Notes: generated by a model not told the origin, from the sequence alone. A DNA stretch of 63,563 bases, filler included, from Rhabdomonas costata (GCA_019059605.1; 57 parts of 57 records of this genome joined end to end with filler, not necessarily neighbours in it); one strand, 5' to 3'. Positions 1 through 14,115 are shown, numbered from the whole stretch's first letter. A program made the numbers and translations.

Positions 1-70
1 TGTTGGGTGTGTTGGGAGGGTAGCCGGGCTGATAGTTGGGTGAGTGGGGGGGGGGCACTTCTTCCCGCAC

Positions 71-677
71 CGTTGACGGCCTCGCTGCTGCTCTCCTGGT
101 TGCGGCCGTTAGCGTCCGCGACGATTCCCAGGGCCCACGAGTGGCCAACAAACCAGTCAAAGTACCGGAAGGGCGGAAAGTAGGGATCCTGCAAGCCAGG
201 CGCCCGTGCAACCCCCTACCCCCCGCAGGGTCCACCCTGCCTAGCAAACCGAAAGTAACCTTGTGGATTATGGAGCACAGTTCCAGCCGAAACCTAACCC
301 GTCAAAAGACAGCACAGGTTCTTTGTGACGAGGCAACCATTCACTGAATGTTCTGTGTACGGCCACCATGAACCGGGGATTACAAAGCATCGACCAGTGG
401 CAGCAGGAGTTTTGATAGCAAACAGCAAACACACCGCCCAAACCAACACATGCGCTTGAGAAGGGGAAGAAGGAGCGAGGCAGTGACCTGTGCGCTGGGA
501 TTGGCGATGTCCCGAGCCAGCATTAGCACCTTCTCGTTGTAGGCCTTCGCCCACTTGGGGTTGTACCGTGCTATGACGGCCGCGGCAAAGATGTGGTAGC
601 CGTAGTGATAGTGATGGTCATTGAAGATGGAGTTGCCAAAGTCATACCCAGGGTCGGACAGCGTGGGGCACTCCAGC
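71..677 (-). CDS. Endo-beta-1,3-glucanase, glycoside hydrolase family 81 (two internal exons: 677-488 and 188-71)
   Basis: Spliced translation ...[25 protein letters not shown]...[49 protein letters not shown] carries the GH81 NDHHxHYGY and ESSSE motifs. The GT-AG intron at 487-189 keeps frame. Confidence 0.93.
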
Positions 678-1017
678 CTGCGCATAGACAGACGGAAAGA
701 AGCAAGATACTGAGGGAAGCACGGGGTTATGCCGCGGAGCAAAGCCTCCTTCCCCCCGAATTCCGTCGATGGGGAAGGCCATGGAGCCCAATTAGACTGT
801 GACGGAGCATGCGCAGAGAAAGCTAACACACCACTTATGTTTACACCGGTTTGCCCCGAGCCGTGTGCTATCCACAGCCATTATGTCAACCAAAAATTCT
901 AAGCACACCGAAATTCTGGCATCTGTATGTAATATTTCGGTGGGCCCTCAATCGTTTTAGAATGAACAAAAAGAGTGTCTGAGCAAATGCCCCACCACCC
1001 CCAACCACACCCAACAC

Positions 1018-1117
1018 NNNNNNNNNNNNNNNNNNNNNNNNNNNNNNNNNNNNNNNNNNNNTTAATTAATTAANNNNNNNNNNNNNNNNNNNNNNNNNNN
1101 NNNNNNNNNNNNNNNNN
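1018..1117. other. Artificial contig spacer (N-run + TTAATTAATTAA + N-run); first of about 56, recurring roughly every 1.1 kb
   Basis: The same 100-nt spacer with an all-frame stop palindrome separates contigs of near-identical length (about 1.0 kb). Confidence 0.99.
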
Positions 1118-1563
1118 TAACTTGAGCTAAATGGCCGGTGGGGCGCATGCTTATACTTAGCGGGATCAAGGTACTCCCGAATTGAGTTAACCTGCAGCTT
1201 ACCAGCCTCTGGCGGCAACCTGCCCCCCCCGGTTAAGACATCTTCAAGGGTCGATTTTGGGTCTTCTTCGATTGTAGCATTTTCAAGGGGTGGGGAGCCC
1301 TTTTCTTTGGACCTTCGCAGCCCTTCATATTGAGCCTAAGTTTGGAGCTGCTTAACATACCTATTGGTTGAGCCCAAAGTTACCCCATGCTGGCACTCGA
1401 ATGGGCCGCAATCGGTCGGGCGGTACTGGCTTGGTTGCATCTGTGCGGGTGCCCTCTGGTGACAGCACATCGACACTGTCCTAGGCACACTGCAATTCCC
1501 GGGCGCAAAGGCTGGCCCATAATCAGCATGATATGCTAGTCGTGGTTCACAACCACACCGGAC

Positions 1564-2077
1564 TTGAGAGGCGACAGAGGCAGAGGGGGTCTCTTCGGGC
1601 TGTGCGGCGGGCTTCTCGCGGTCCGTCTTCCTCTGCAGCTGCCCACGCAGGAGCTCCAACTGTTGCTGTGCACGCACCCACGCTCACACACATCCCCGCA
1701 CACACACCACCACCGAACTCCATTCATGGAAATTGCGAATGCTCATGCCACAGATAAAACCCGCAGCGCAGCTCAGAGCACCTGATCCCAGGCAATTGGG
1801 CAGCTCACGTCACGAGGTGCTTTCCCTCCCTTATACTTCTGGCCCGCCCGCCTTTCCTCTGCCCCTTGAGACCACATGGGTAGGCTTGGGAATCAAAGGC
1901 AGAGACACAGAAACACACGCACCCATCCAACGCCCGGAAACCCGCAGGACAAGAAAAAAGTACCTGACGGCTCTGCGCGGTGTCCTGTGCAATTTGCTCC
2001 AAGGCCTGAGCCCGCTTCAGCTCCTGCCGGAGGGCAGCCAGTGCCCGCTCCGAACTGAGCTCCCACTTCTTCTTCTC
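1564..2077 (-). CDS. Coiled-coil hypothetical protein (exons 2077-1964 and 1665-1564)
   Basis: EKKKWELSSERALAALRQELKRAQALEQIAQDTAQSRQ|QQLELLRGQLQRKTDREKP..., bounded by AG/GT sites and in frame across the intron. Confidence 0.6.
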
Positions 2078-2619
2078 CTGAAACACACACACACACACAC
2101 ACAGCGACACAGCAGAGCAAGAGACCAACAAACANNNNNNNNNNNNNNNNNNNNNNNNNNNNNNNNNNNNNNNNNNNNTTAATTAATTAANNNNNNNNNN
2201 NNNNNNNNNNNNNNNNNNNNNNNNNNNNNNNNNNGTGTGGGGGGCAGGGAGATGACCGATAAGCTCTACCTTCTGCATTGAACCGTGCGGCCAACTTAAC
2301 CTCCCAAGGCTCTATTCCCTCACCAATGGTCAGCATCGCAGTCGATGGAACACCATATCATCGGCAACGGGTCCTGCACATGGGGCACATCCGTTGTTCT
2401 GGGACAGACACAGATCAGCGTGTGCAAGGTTGAGGCAAATCGATGTAACCAATAGTCAATGCTATTTGCTGAAGAAATTTAGTGTCAATACAGTGAAGTT
2501 ATGCAACCTTATGCCGCGTAAGTGTATGATCACTCTGCCGCTTACAGCGATCAAATTACAAAGAAATGCAGAGACGGAAAAATGTGGAGGGAAGACTGAT
2601 TATGGGCAGAAGGCAAGAC

Positions 2620-3118
2620 CTCAGCTTCAACAGCGGCAAGCTTCTTGGCCTCCAAATCCCGGATTTTCTCCGCGGTGATGGGATCAAACATGAAGAACGT
2701 GGTAGACACAGGGGACCTCGCAAGTGCTGTTAGATCAAAACACCCCAGGACACCACAGAAAAGCCAACAAAACAGCAAAAGCAATAGAGAAGAGCAGTCC
2801 GAGCACATTCACGTGGGGCGTGGAATTCTGTGAAATACTGTGTGAGAACTAACTACTGCCACAATAGTGCCACACGCCTCAAAAGTGACGAGAATGCGTG
2901 GTGATGGCAGGGGGCACAGCCGTCCACTATTACCCCCCCCCCTCACGCACACATCAGCACCACCACCTGCGGGAAAGCACACAGGGTGCGGACGAGGGGG
3001 GGGGACCGTTTTCAGGCCGGAGGTCGGCCAAGCGTACACGCGATCTGCCTTCAGCAGCTGCTCGGGGCGTCACAGAGGCCAGGAAGTAACCACTAAAGGA
3101 TAGGCCCACAAGGCCCAC
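2620..3118 (-). CDS. CEP104: CEP104/FAP256-like ciliary tip protein (exons 3118-3007 and 2726-2620)
   Basis: VGLVGLSFSG resembles the end of the CEP104 N-terminal domain. FDPITAEKIRDLEAKKLAAVEAE resembles the following UVR-like helix. The phase-1 GT-AG intron is consistent. Confidence 0.65.
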
Positions 3119-5762
3119 CTGAAACCAACCCAGGCCGGAAGCACATCAATTGCACACATCAGCAGCCAGCCTCAGGCAGTGCTAACCAGAGAGTAAGAGA
3201 GCGACAGAGAGAGAGAGGAATGGGAATGACTTTCCGAAAAAAAAACCCACANNNNNNNNNNNNNNNNNNNNNNNNNNNNNNNNNNNNNNNNNNNNTTAAT
3301 TAATTAANNNNNNNNNNNNNNNNNNNNNNNNNNNNNNNNNNNNNNNNNNNNTGTTGCTGCTGTACCATCTGTACCATTGGTCGTGTCATTTTTTCTGCTC
3401 CGTTCACCTTTGAGATCCGATGTGACACTGGTGTCTGGAACCCACAACCTAGACACTGCCGTTTGGGGTTTTCATTGTCCCATCGTATCTCGTCCTCGCG
3501 GGGCGGTAATCATTCTTCGGCACGGTACTCTTGTTGAACCCTGCTATCATCCCCTCCTGCACTCTTCAGCTTCTTTTCTTCGCATGGATCCCTCGCATGT
3601 GCGGTTTCCCACACCTGCTCTCCAACTGCGTCCCGTGGGTATGCCCAAGAGGTCCAACGACGCCCTGTGGGGGCGTCTGCCGATGGTGCTTTTTTGTGCC
3701 GCACGCCTGTGTGGACATGCCGCCGGCGGGCGCCGATGTTGGCAACCGCCCAGCCATGTGTTGAGTGTTCTCCCCTGTCCAAAAGCGTTCGTCCATGCTC
3801 CCAGCCTTTCTACCATTCCTCTATCATGTCCTTGTCTATCCGTTTTTCCCTAGCCTCAACCTTTTTCTCCTTGGAAACTCGTGCAGGTTTTGCAGGTTCT
3901 ACTTCTGGGTTTTCCATTTTGCTGGTGCTGCCTGTGCAAAGTGGCGTGTGCTGCCTAACCTTCCATTCCGACATGCTCCCGTTGTTAGGCAAAGCCTATT
4001 CAGGGGATTGGGAAAATATCGCAGCAGGTACGTTCAACTGCAGCAAGAGAGAAGCATTTGCAGGGAGCAAAGGCGAGCGGCCGCAAGGAGCAGAGCGCGG
4101 CTCCTCCTCCCTGACTCACACTGGCACATATTCGACAGAAAGTTGATACTCATTGTGCAGCTGCCCAAGAAGTTCGATTTTAGCGCTTGGAAATGTAGCC
4201 CCGCAGGAAAGGAAAGGTCTGAACATGACACTGCCCGAAAAGCGACCCTTTAAAAGCGCGAAACAGGCGGTACGTAAGAAATCCTGCAGCAAACAAGGTG
4301 TATGGTGGACAATCGGCGATTCTATCTCGAATTCCGATCCGCTTGATGGGGACGAAATGTTGCCGGTTNNNNNNNNNNNNNNNNNNNNNNNNNNNNNNNN
4401 NNNNNNNNNNNNTTAATTAATTAANNNNNNNNNNNNNNNNNNNNNNNNNNNNNNNNNNNNNNNNNNNNTTCCAAGCCTGAGTAAGGGCAGGAAGGGCCCC
4501 AAAACACCCCAAAATGGCCCTGAAATGGCCTCTAGCGTGAGGGTTTGGGCCGAAAGAAGTGGTCCGTGCTACCCCGCATTTCCGACGAGGCCCCGACTAT
4601 TGGTGACGTTCCGGGGGCCGGCTGTAGAGGCTAGATCCCATGTGGCAGAAAACCCAGAACAGCGATAAGAGAAAGAACTGTACTGGTGATGGTAATGCCG
4701 CGAACGGAGAATTGTGTAAAATGCAATCCCGGGGTTGTGGTTGGTGCGCGGGGTGGGAGTCGGCTTCTGGGAGGTGTGTGCACGATAGTGTTCTCGCGTT
4801 TCTTTTGTGTAGATTGTAATTTAACTGTGACAACCCTGGCCCTGGAGCCTCGGCCCGAGCATTGGCTCCAACACGTAAGAGTCCTAACAAGAAATTGAGA
4901 CCCCTCCTTGAGAGGCGAGGATTACAAAACTTTGGTGGAAGTTGACAACGTTGACAGGGCAATGGCCGTGATAACATGCATCCAAAAAAAAGAACCACAG
5001 TTTTCCATATGCCACCACTCAACCACAACCAGCAGAATACAAAAACAAACCTGCCGAAGTGGCTGCCAGAACCACTCCATCCACTTCACCCCCAGACACA
5101 GAGGTGATCCCAACTTCATTGCCCAGCCCAGGCACCGAGGATACTGCGATGCTCAACATCTTAGAGAACTCCACAGACAGTGGTGCTTGAAGCCCTTATA
5201 TAAACAAAAAAACATAACATGACCCAATGTCCCAATGTATCGGCCTGCCTGCCTGCGATAGTCCCTCGGTCACACAAGAGATGCCCATGGGGGGAGCCAA
5301 TGGTATCGTGTGCCAGGTTTTACATCGAAGGCAACACACCTAACCGCCCTGCAAAGTTCACGTGCGTCAACAATCTCGTTACAGTGAAACAGATGAAATA
5401 AGAGCGCTTGCTCACGTGGCCCCTCCCCCAAGTCGAAGCAGGACCTTCAAAGTCAGCCTGGACAACAGATAGCAGGGCTGCGCCTNNNNNNNNNNNNNNN
5501 NNNNNNNNNNNNNNNNNNNNNNNNNNNNNTTAATTAATTAANNNNNNNNNNNNNNNNNNNNNNNNNNNNNNNNNNNNNNNNNNNNTTTTTGGGTGGGTTG
5601 TAGGGTCGGTAGGTGTGCCTTCTCCGATCCATCCGTTGAGGTTATGGAAGCTGTTGAAATTCGGGTTTTATCTCCAAGCACGAAAAAGGCAGCCCTTCCC
5701 AAGTGTGTATGCCCCCCGTTTCCAGTCGCTGTCTCGCCCTGACACCTTTCCCTTCGGCATAG

Positions 5763-6618
<856 letters not shown>

Positions 6619-6720
6619 NNNNNNNNNNNNNNNNNNNNNNNNNNNNNNNNNNNNNNNNNNNNTTAATTAATTAANNNNNNNNNNNNNNNNNNNNNNNNNN
6701 NNNNNNNNNNNNNNNNNNTT

Positions 6721-7735
6721 ATTGATATTCCTGAATTATTCTCTTTATTAACAACAAAACAAACTACTATTTTATTACAAACAGATATCGATATGGTAAA
6801 TAAACAAATTAAGTTCTTACATATTCAATATGTATTAATAAAAATGTGGATGAATATACTGAAATTACATGATGAAATTTTAGATTTAACACAACAAATA
6901 ATATTAAAAGAACTATCTGTACGTTTTGGTAAGAAATCTACATTGAGTTTTCAACAAAATAAAAAAACAAAACGTTTAAGTACATTAATACAAAATTGTA
7001 TTGATATATTATCATATTTATTAAAAATTAATGATGATAATATTCAAAATGTACAACAACAATTAAAATATTTAATTTTTATAATAAATTCAGATTTTTC
7101 TAGTATTAGTACGGAAATTGATATGTACAAATCTGAAATACTTGTATCTGATACACTTGATGAAAATTTAAAAAAACAATTACAAGAAATAAACAAAGAA
7201 ACTACATCTGTTTTACAAAAAAAATATGATATTGTACATGTATATATTAATATTATTCAATCATTAATTATAGAATATCACACAAATGTTCAAAAATTTT
7301 TACGTAAAAGTGTATTAACTCGTATAAAATTAGATACTTTAAAACACAAATTAAATCATGATTATTATTTTGTAGATTTAAAAAAATTTAATATTGTTAA
7401 TTTATCTCCAAAACCCGTATTATACGTTTGTAATCCTTCAATCTCTGTTAATAATACTATATTAAATAAAATAACTTCAACTAATGATAAAAATACTAAT
7501 GTTATATTTTATATTGGTTCATTTATAGATGGAAAATCTGTTTATGATTACATGTACCAACCAAAATTTAAACTAATACCTATTGAGTTATTTATACATA
7601 TGTATAAAGGACTTTATTTTTTTTATAAAAATTCAATAGGTCATTATGATATCGCATTTCGTAATATTTTATATGACAAAACAAATAATAAATTTATGTT
7701 GACCGATTATGGTCGATCTATTCATGAAAATGATT
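6721..7735 (+). CDS. Intronless AT-rich protein kinase-like ORF, partial at both ends; possibly giant-virus (NCLDV) or other non-host origin
   Basis: Reading frame is open across the entire contig. The C-terminal part has GLYFFYKNSIGHYDIAFRNILY (catalytic loop) and LTDYG (DFG-like). Much more AT-rich than the host contigs. Confidence 0.75.
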
Positions 7736-9405
7736 NNNNNNNNNNNNNNNNNNNNNNNNNNNNNNNNNNNNNNNNNNNNTTAATTAATTAANNNNNNNNN
7801 NNNNNNNNNNNNNNNNNNNNNNNNNNNNNNNNNNNTGTGGGGGTGGGGGAAATTATTCATTTGAAATTTTGTTTTTTGATTATGTCTTCGCTGTTGTCGC
7901 GGGCGAATCCTTTCTGCTCTATCGAACTGATTGAGATGCCTTCCCTTGATAATAACCCTGAAAATCACCCCGTTGGCTTTCAGCGCTTCTAAAAGTCGTT
8001 CACGTCGTTTCTTGACAGCCCGGAAATGAACCACATTGGCCTATACCAACATCAGGGCTGGTGATTGGGGTCACATGAGGGAACTTCGGAGAGGGAGGGA
8101 TATTGTGTTCTCTTCAAGTTTCCGGTCATCCTTCGCCAGATGCAATACTGGAGACCTCTGTGTTTTGTCGGATGCAGTACCGGCTTGACTTTGCCTGGGA
8201 ATGGGGGCTGTCGATTGGAATATTTGTCAAGCCACTTCTTTGCAGATCAAGGGTGTGCGGTGCAGAGATGGCCTTTGGAGGGTGAGAGGTTCCTCCTCTT
8301 CGGTGCTTGGTACCCTCTTCCTTTGTGCAATTCTCCTCCAGGATGTGTCAAGGCTGGGATGTCGGATGATCAGATGGACTCTCTCAGAGTTCTATTCCCG
8401 GTGTGTACCTATGCTGGGGGATTGATCTTGCGAACGGTTCTGGGTTCTTTGTTCGGAAGGGTGGTCCCACGTTCTGCCAAACACCATCGCAAACCTAGAC
8501 GCGCTTTGCGTGGTGCAAGAGTTCTTCCGCTGGGATCCCGTCTTATTATTGGCAACCAGCCACTTACCAGATTTCCATGGTGATGCGCGTATCTCGCTCC
8601 AGGGTACCTTGCATCCATGCCGTGATGCACAGTTTTTTCCGTGCCTCAATATAATACTCCGCCGGTAATACTCCGCTGGCAGGAAAGCGACAGCCACAAA
8701 CGGAAGGAGGCAAGCACACACAGGTGGTCGGTTGTTACGCAGGCAGGCACTCCCTTTGGCCATCTTTTCAGTTCCCCAGGGTGCTAAATTGGAGAAGGCA
8801 AACCTGCATTTGACAGAGTCCCAGTTTGGTTTGAGCATTTACCAACCACCACNNNNNNNNNNNNNNNNNNNNNNNNNNNNNNNNNNNNNNNNNNNNTTAA
8901 TTAATTAANNNNNNNNNNNNNNNNNNNNNNNNNNNNNNNNNNNNNNNNNNNNTGTGGGTGTTTCTGTGTGCGCGTGAAATGAGGATACAGGGCGCTGGTT
9001 ACTGCGAAGCAGATCTTTTCTATGGCAGTTCCTTGTCTTCTGCACGGGTGTGCTACATACAAGCACCCAGTCTCGCGAGTTGGGGGCACCGCATTCGCTT
9101 CGAAAAGAGCCATTTCGGCGCGGTCCCCATTGTTGGCCAAGCCTTTAGAAAACCCGTTCGGGGGTGTCGGGCATGGATGCTGAATGATGTCAGCAAGGGA
9201 CAATAGTCCGCAACCCCCCCCCCCAAAAAAAAAACCAACCATTCATCGAATGGTTGGGGAGGCGGAGATAGCCCGTGTAATTCATGACCGGGTGAACGGA
9301 CAAATTGCCAAATTGCCCTCCAAGTGACAGGAGACTGAGTCAAACAGGTGTCAAACAGTTTTTTAAATTTGCTCCAAAAGTGGTTTTCGAGGGCATGTGG
9401 AGGAC

Positions 9406-9725
9406 CTGGTAGGTGCTGTCCTTGAGCATAATCATGTGCTTGGCCAAGGTCTCGGCGAGGGCCAAGAAGCACCTGCGCAGCAAACCACCACCGCGTTCAC
9501 AGAACACATCCCACTCTGCTCACTACTTCCGAGGATGGCAGAGCAAAAAAAAACTGCGCGTTGCGAGCGAGCCCGTGGTTCCTGATCTATTCGCGCTCAC
9601 CACGAATTGCAAAGGAGGCGGGGATGAAGCTACCGCTTGGCGTAGAACCAGGTATCTGTCATGATCTTTCGGTTGTAAGGCTCCAGGGACTTGATGATCC
9701 GGGAGATCCCAAACTCAAAATTGCC
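9406..9725 (-). CDS. IFT70: Intraflagellar transport protein IFT70 (TTC30/DYF-1), C-terminal region (exons 9725-9634 and 9472-9406)
   Basis: GNFEFGISRIIKSLEPYNRKIMTDTWFYAKR|CFLALAETLAKHMIMLKDSTYQ matches the conserved IFT70 C-terminus. The GT-AG intron keeps frame. Not called in the ORF track. Confidence 0.92.
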
Positions 9726-11634
9726 CTGTATGAGAAAAGGAGTGGCGAGGTCATCTTCGGAGAGAACGAGTAAGCGTCGTCAGTGCTAAATCGGTTAAAG
9801 CCCCTCACCCTCTGATCGACCGATCAGCCCAATTCACGGGCAAGGGAGGAGTGGTAATGGTTAGCCGCTGGTAACGGTGGTTGATGGTTAGCCAGTGAAA
9901 ACAGAAAACTTATCAACAGTTGTTCTTAGTTTAACTTGCTAAAGGTTAGTTAGCTGATGCAAACACCCCNNNNNNNNNNNNNNNNNNNNNNNNNNNNNNN
10001 NNNNNNNNNNNNNTTAATTAATTAANNNNNNNNNNNNNNNNNNNNNNNNNNNNNNNNNNNNNNNNNNNNTGTATTGGTGTGTTTGGTGGGGGGGGTGAAA
10101 CCAGTGTGACGCGTGAATGAAGTTAAAAAAGCTGGAAGCTGGGGCTGTCCGTGAGTGGCTCTCACGGGCGCCCGTCTGTTTCCCCACAAGTCGGCCGGGG
10201 AGAAACAAAAAAGGATGTATCTACGGCGCAGCAAAGGGAGATGGAGAAGTAGGAGAGGGGATTCAAACAGACAGGGTTGCCGACATGCACCTGCCGTGCA
10301 AGTCAGGGCACTGCACGCAAAATGCGCACCCAAGTCAGTTTTTAGAGTGATTTTGGGCAAAAACGGTAAGCCTGCAAGAAGGGGTCGTCTCACTTGTGCA
10401 TAGGCCCAAGATGTGCTGGAGCTCGTTCAGGGCAATTCCTAAATGGCGAAAGTTAGCTCAATTTGCCGCAATTTGCTAGAACAAACTGCAATTTTGCGGG
10501 AACCATGAAGTGAAAGAAGGGCTGAAAAACCCCTTTGGGGGGTGTTAGGTTTGCCCCTCCCGTTGTATTTTGTCTGGTTTCCTGCGACCCGCCCGGACTT
10601 ATCAAAGCCGGGGCTGACCTTGCCTTTGCTCTGTGTCACTTGTTCCGTCTGCCTTCCTTCCCATCGCCTCTTTGAGTTGCATTTCAACATTGTGGCCGCT
10701 CCCGCTGGCTTTTCGGTGGGTGAGCGGGCTCAGGCCACAGAAACTCTCGCGCACGCAAAAAGAGCTTGGGCACAGTCCGCTCGCGCTGATGAATTGCACT
10801 GATTGCGGATTTTTCTGATGCCTACAACTCCCTCGACCGCCAGCGCATGTTGGACGCAATCGCGACCTTTGCGCCCCGCGGCTCAGCCACCTACGTGAGC
10901 TATCCTCTGGGGCGCACGCAAGCTCATTGGCTCACTGCGCCGTCCCCTCTGCATCGCAGCTTCCATTGCCGTGGCTGCTGGGTATGCGCCTTCCTGTTCC
11001 ACGGAGATGAGTGGCCTGTGGGCAGTTCCAAGACTTCTACACGCATACGCACACATGCCAGATCACACCCAAAACATCCAACAAAACNNNNNNNNNNNNN
11101 NNNNNNNNNNNNNNNNNNNNNNNNNNNNNNNTTAATTAATTAANNNNNNNNNNNNNNNNNNNNNNNNNNNNNNNNNNNNNNNNNNNNCAAAGGTATGTGC
11201 CCAGTTGCCAGCTGGGTGAAAAGTCTTGCGGAGTCGATGGAATCGTGGTGGAACCGGAACCGCTTTTGTTTTGCCCCCCCCCTCCGTCTGCCTTTGGCCG
11301 GCTTCCCCTGGCCTCGTCGGCACCGCGGTCCCACATCTCATCCAACCTGTCCCTGCTACGCAACTCTTACATTTCACACTAGAGCCCTCCGGAATAAACA
11401 TCTAATGCGCGCATCGTAGACCGCTTTCTGGTTGGCACCAGGTGAAGGGTTTTGCAGCCCAGCGCTTCCCACAGAAATTTCTCTCGGAATCGTCAAATCA
11501 TCATTTTTTTGTGTTTAAAACCATTGAACCTTTAATCGTTCACTGTCCTGTGTCTTTCCCGATGCTGCTCTGTTTCCACGTGTTCCGTCTGTTCGTCCCA
11601 TTGGGGTCATTGGGGTACCCCTTTCTTTTTGAAG

Positions 11635-11739
11635 CAACGAAGCCCACGTGCGAAGCCTACACGTGCCCCGTGGGCTACACCCTCAACGGTAACACGTCGT
11701 GCCCTGTCTCCGGATGTTCCCAACCCCTTTGCTGCATAG
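11635..11739 (+). CDS. Six-cysteine repeat module exon, probable surface or secreted protein
   Basis: AG|...TKPTCEAYTCPVGYTLNGNTSCPVSGCSQPLCCI|GTGAG; 105-nt symmetric phase-1 exon. Confidence 0.6.
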   Translation, partial: QRSPRAKPTRAPWATPSTVTRRALSPDVPNPFAA

Positions 11740-12942
11740 GTGAGCTCGAGTGTTTTTTTTTTGTGTGGAATTGCACCTCTCTTCCTTGGACTTAATGTTT
11801 GATACGACCATAAGTCTTTCTATGGGGAGAATGTCCCCATTGGACTGCGAACCAAAAAGTCCCCCTGGCAACGTTCCCTCCTCAGCCGTTGCGGACTGGT
11901 CTTCGCGGCGTTTGCCTTCGCCCCTTAACCACAGCAGCAGTTTTCAGGTGCCAACGAAATACTCTCACCTAGGTAACGCTACACGTAGCCGTAGCGCCGC
12001 GCCCAAATGACCCAGGGATGCTTCCGAAAGAATGGTTCCGGTTCTGGACATGGAACAACCGAAAGACTCATTCATCGCTGCAGCAGGGAAGACAAAAAAA
12101 GAGATAGCCACGACCACCGATTTGTGGCAACTTGAAGGAAGGGAGAACGTTATCCCACTGAGAGTCCCAGCCACTGTACTGCACACGCAGTATGACCCAC
12201 AACCNNNNNNNNNNNNNNNNNNNNNNNNNNNNNNNNNNNNNNNNNNNNTTAATTAATTAANNNNNNNNNNNNNNNNNNNNNNNNNNNNNNNNNNNNNNNN
12301 NNNNGGTGTGTGGTGGCAGTGGTGGTGGTTGTGGGGGAGTGATCACAGCAAAAAGGGCCTGCAGGGGAGAAAAAGAAAGTAAAACGAAAGAAAAATAGGA
12401 GAGGAGACAGTGCATGTGTACAGGGATGACGTTTTGCTGCCGGGAGGTTAAAACAGCAGCACAAAGGGTGTAGAGGTGCTTGTGCGGCACGTCTAAGCAT
12501 TTTATTCGTCAAATCAGGAGAGGGTGGAGGGTGGGGGGATGACACCACCAACCGATTTCGGACCTAAATGCCCGCAGTTCAGAACACCGTCATGCACGGT
12601 CGAGTGAGTATGGGTTTGGGGATGGAACACTCAAGTGAAGAGCAACGTGAAAAAGTGTGTGTGCGTGCGCGCTGTGAATGCCCCCCACAGCCGAAGAAGG
12701 AAGACATCAATAAATTCAAAACAGAAGGGGTCACAGAGGCAAGAGAGTGGGATGAAAAGCCAAAAATGAAAAAAAGACATGCTGAATACCTGTGCAAAAT
12801 GAGTCGGTCACGCGAGCAGCTGGGGAAGGCAGGTTGGCAGGAGGGCAGTTGTGGCAAAGGGCATGACAAGGAAAGAGTTTTATGCGAGATCTCGTGGACT
12901 GTCCTTACGTGGGGTTAAGGTCCTTGGCCTCCCGGGTGCCCC

Positions 12943-13125
12943 TCATTTGTTCAGCACTCGCAGCACCCCATCTCGAGGTGGAGAACAGGCCCGGCCCCCG
13001 CCTGCGTCGCACTGCTCCAGCATCGCTCGGGAGGGCCCGTCCGAGGGCACCAGCCGTGCCGCCTCCGCAAACCGCGCCCGAGCTGCGTCCATCGGGCCAC
13101 CACCTTCCAGAAACAGCGCCAGGCC
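12943..13125 (-). CDS. Terminal exon of a class III adenylate/guanylate cyclase-like protein (C-terminal TPR-like tail)
   Basis: GLALFLEGGGPMDAARARFAEAARLVPSDGPSRAMLEQC...PPRDGVLRVLNK* resembles the 'PxDGPSxxxLxRC...WDGVxxLxxK' tail of class III cyclases. Preceded by a TAG acceptor. Confidence 0.65.
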   Translation of the reverse strand, partial: GLALFLEGGGPMDAARARFAEAARLVPSDGPSRAMLEQCDAGGGRACSPPRDGVLRVLNK

Positions 13126-14115
13126 CTATATCATTAGCAGATAGACAGCCGCTATGCTTGGATCGTTCGCTAGCAAATGGTGGGGCAGGTACTCAAGGTA
13201 CTCAAATGGAATGAAAACACTGCAGGAGCTTTCATCAGCGCATTGCACAAACGAAGGGGCCGCCATGATGAGTACCTTGATCTGAGCACAATTAGGCTGA
13301 AACTCGACCCCCCCCCCCGGGNNNNNNNNNNNNNNNNNNNNNNNNNNNNNNNNNNNNNNNNNNNNTTAATTAATTAANNNNNNNNNNNNNNNNNNNNNNN
13401 NNNNNNNNNNNNNNNNNNNNNGGGGGGTGTGTTTATGCGGTGGTGTGGTGGGGTGACGCCTTGGCCTCGTTTCCTGATGTTCGTATATCCTCAGAGATTC
13501 GGATTTTCGGGTTTTCGGGTTTCGGGTTTAAATAACATTTGAAAATATTTGAAAAACAATACGCGGGGAAGGGGGAAGTTGAACGCTTCAGAAGGTAAAG
13601 TTCTCTGCTGTGCAGCGGAAGGAGAGTTGTGACGACGCACCTTCGTTCCCTAAATTTCCAATGATGGCCCAATTAATGTTGTGGAGGGGTAGGGCGTTAC
13701 GGTTATTATGGGAACTCACTTCAACGTTTGGTTAATTAAACCATACCCTGTGCCCTCAAAATGATTTCAACGTAACGAAGTTAGGATGTGCCAGCGTAGA
13801 TTCCCGCGGGGTTCTAGACGAGCGTTTGTGCTTTTCACCTCCTGCTGCATGCCAAGGGTCAGGATTGTTTTAAAGGAAGGCTGCTGGAGCGGGTGGGTTG
13901 AGTGGGAACGTGACTTTGGAGGGCCTTGAATATTCACCAAATGATTTGATAACCAAGGGGTTGTTGGACCATTGACGTTGGACACACTTCACACTTCCGG
14001 GAGTGGGGTGCGGGCCGGCTGGGGGTAGGTGTATGCTAACAGACCTGTTCCGGTTTATATATGGTCGCCTGGTTGTCTGGCAATTTGTGTGTGTGTGGGG
14101 GGGGGCGCTCATAAG

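Noticed and set aside
3352..5486. Numerous overlapping 60-160 aa ORFs here and in similar contigs (e.g. 7836-8852, 26821-27837, 37990-39006, 40224-42357, 58082-59098)
   Set aside because: No recognisable motifs or consistent splice structure; expected by chance in GC-balanced intronic or intergenic DNA.
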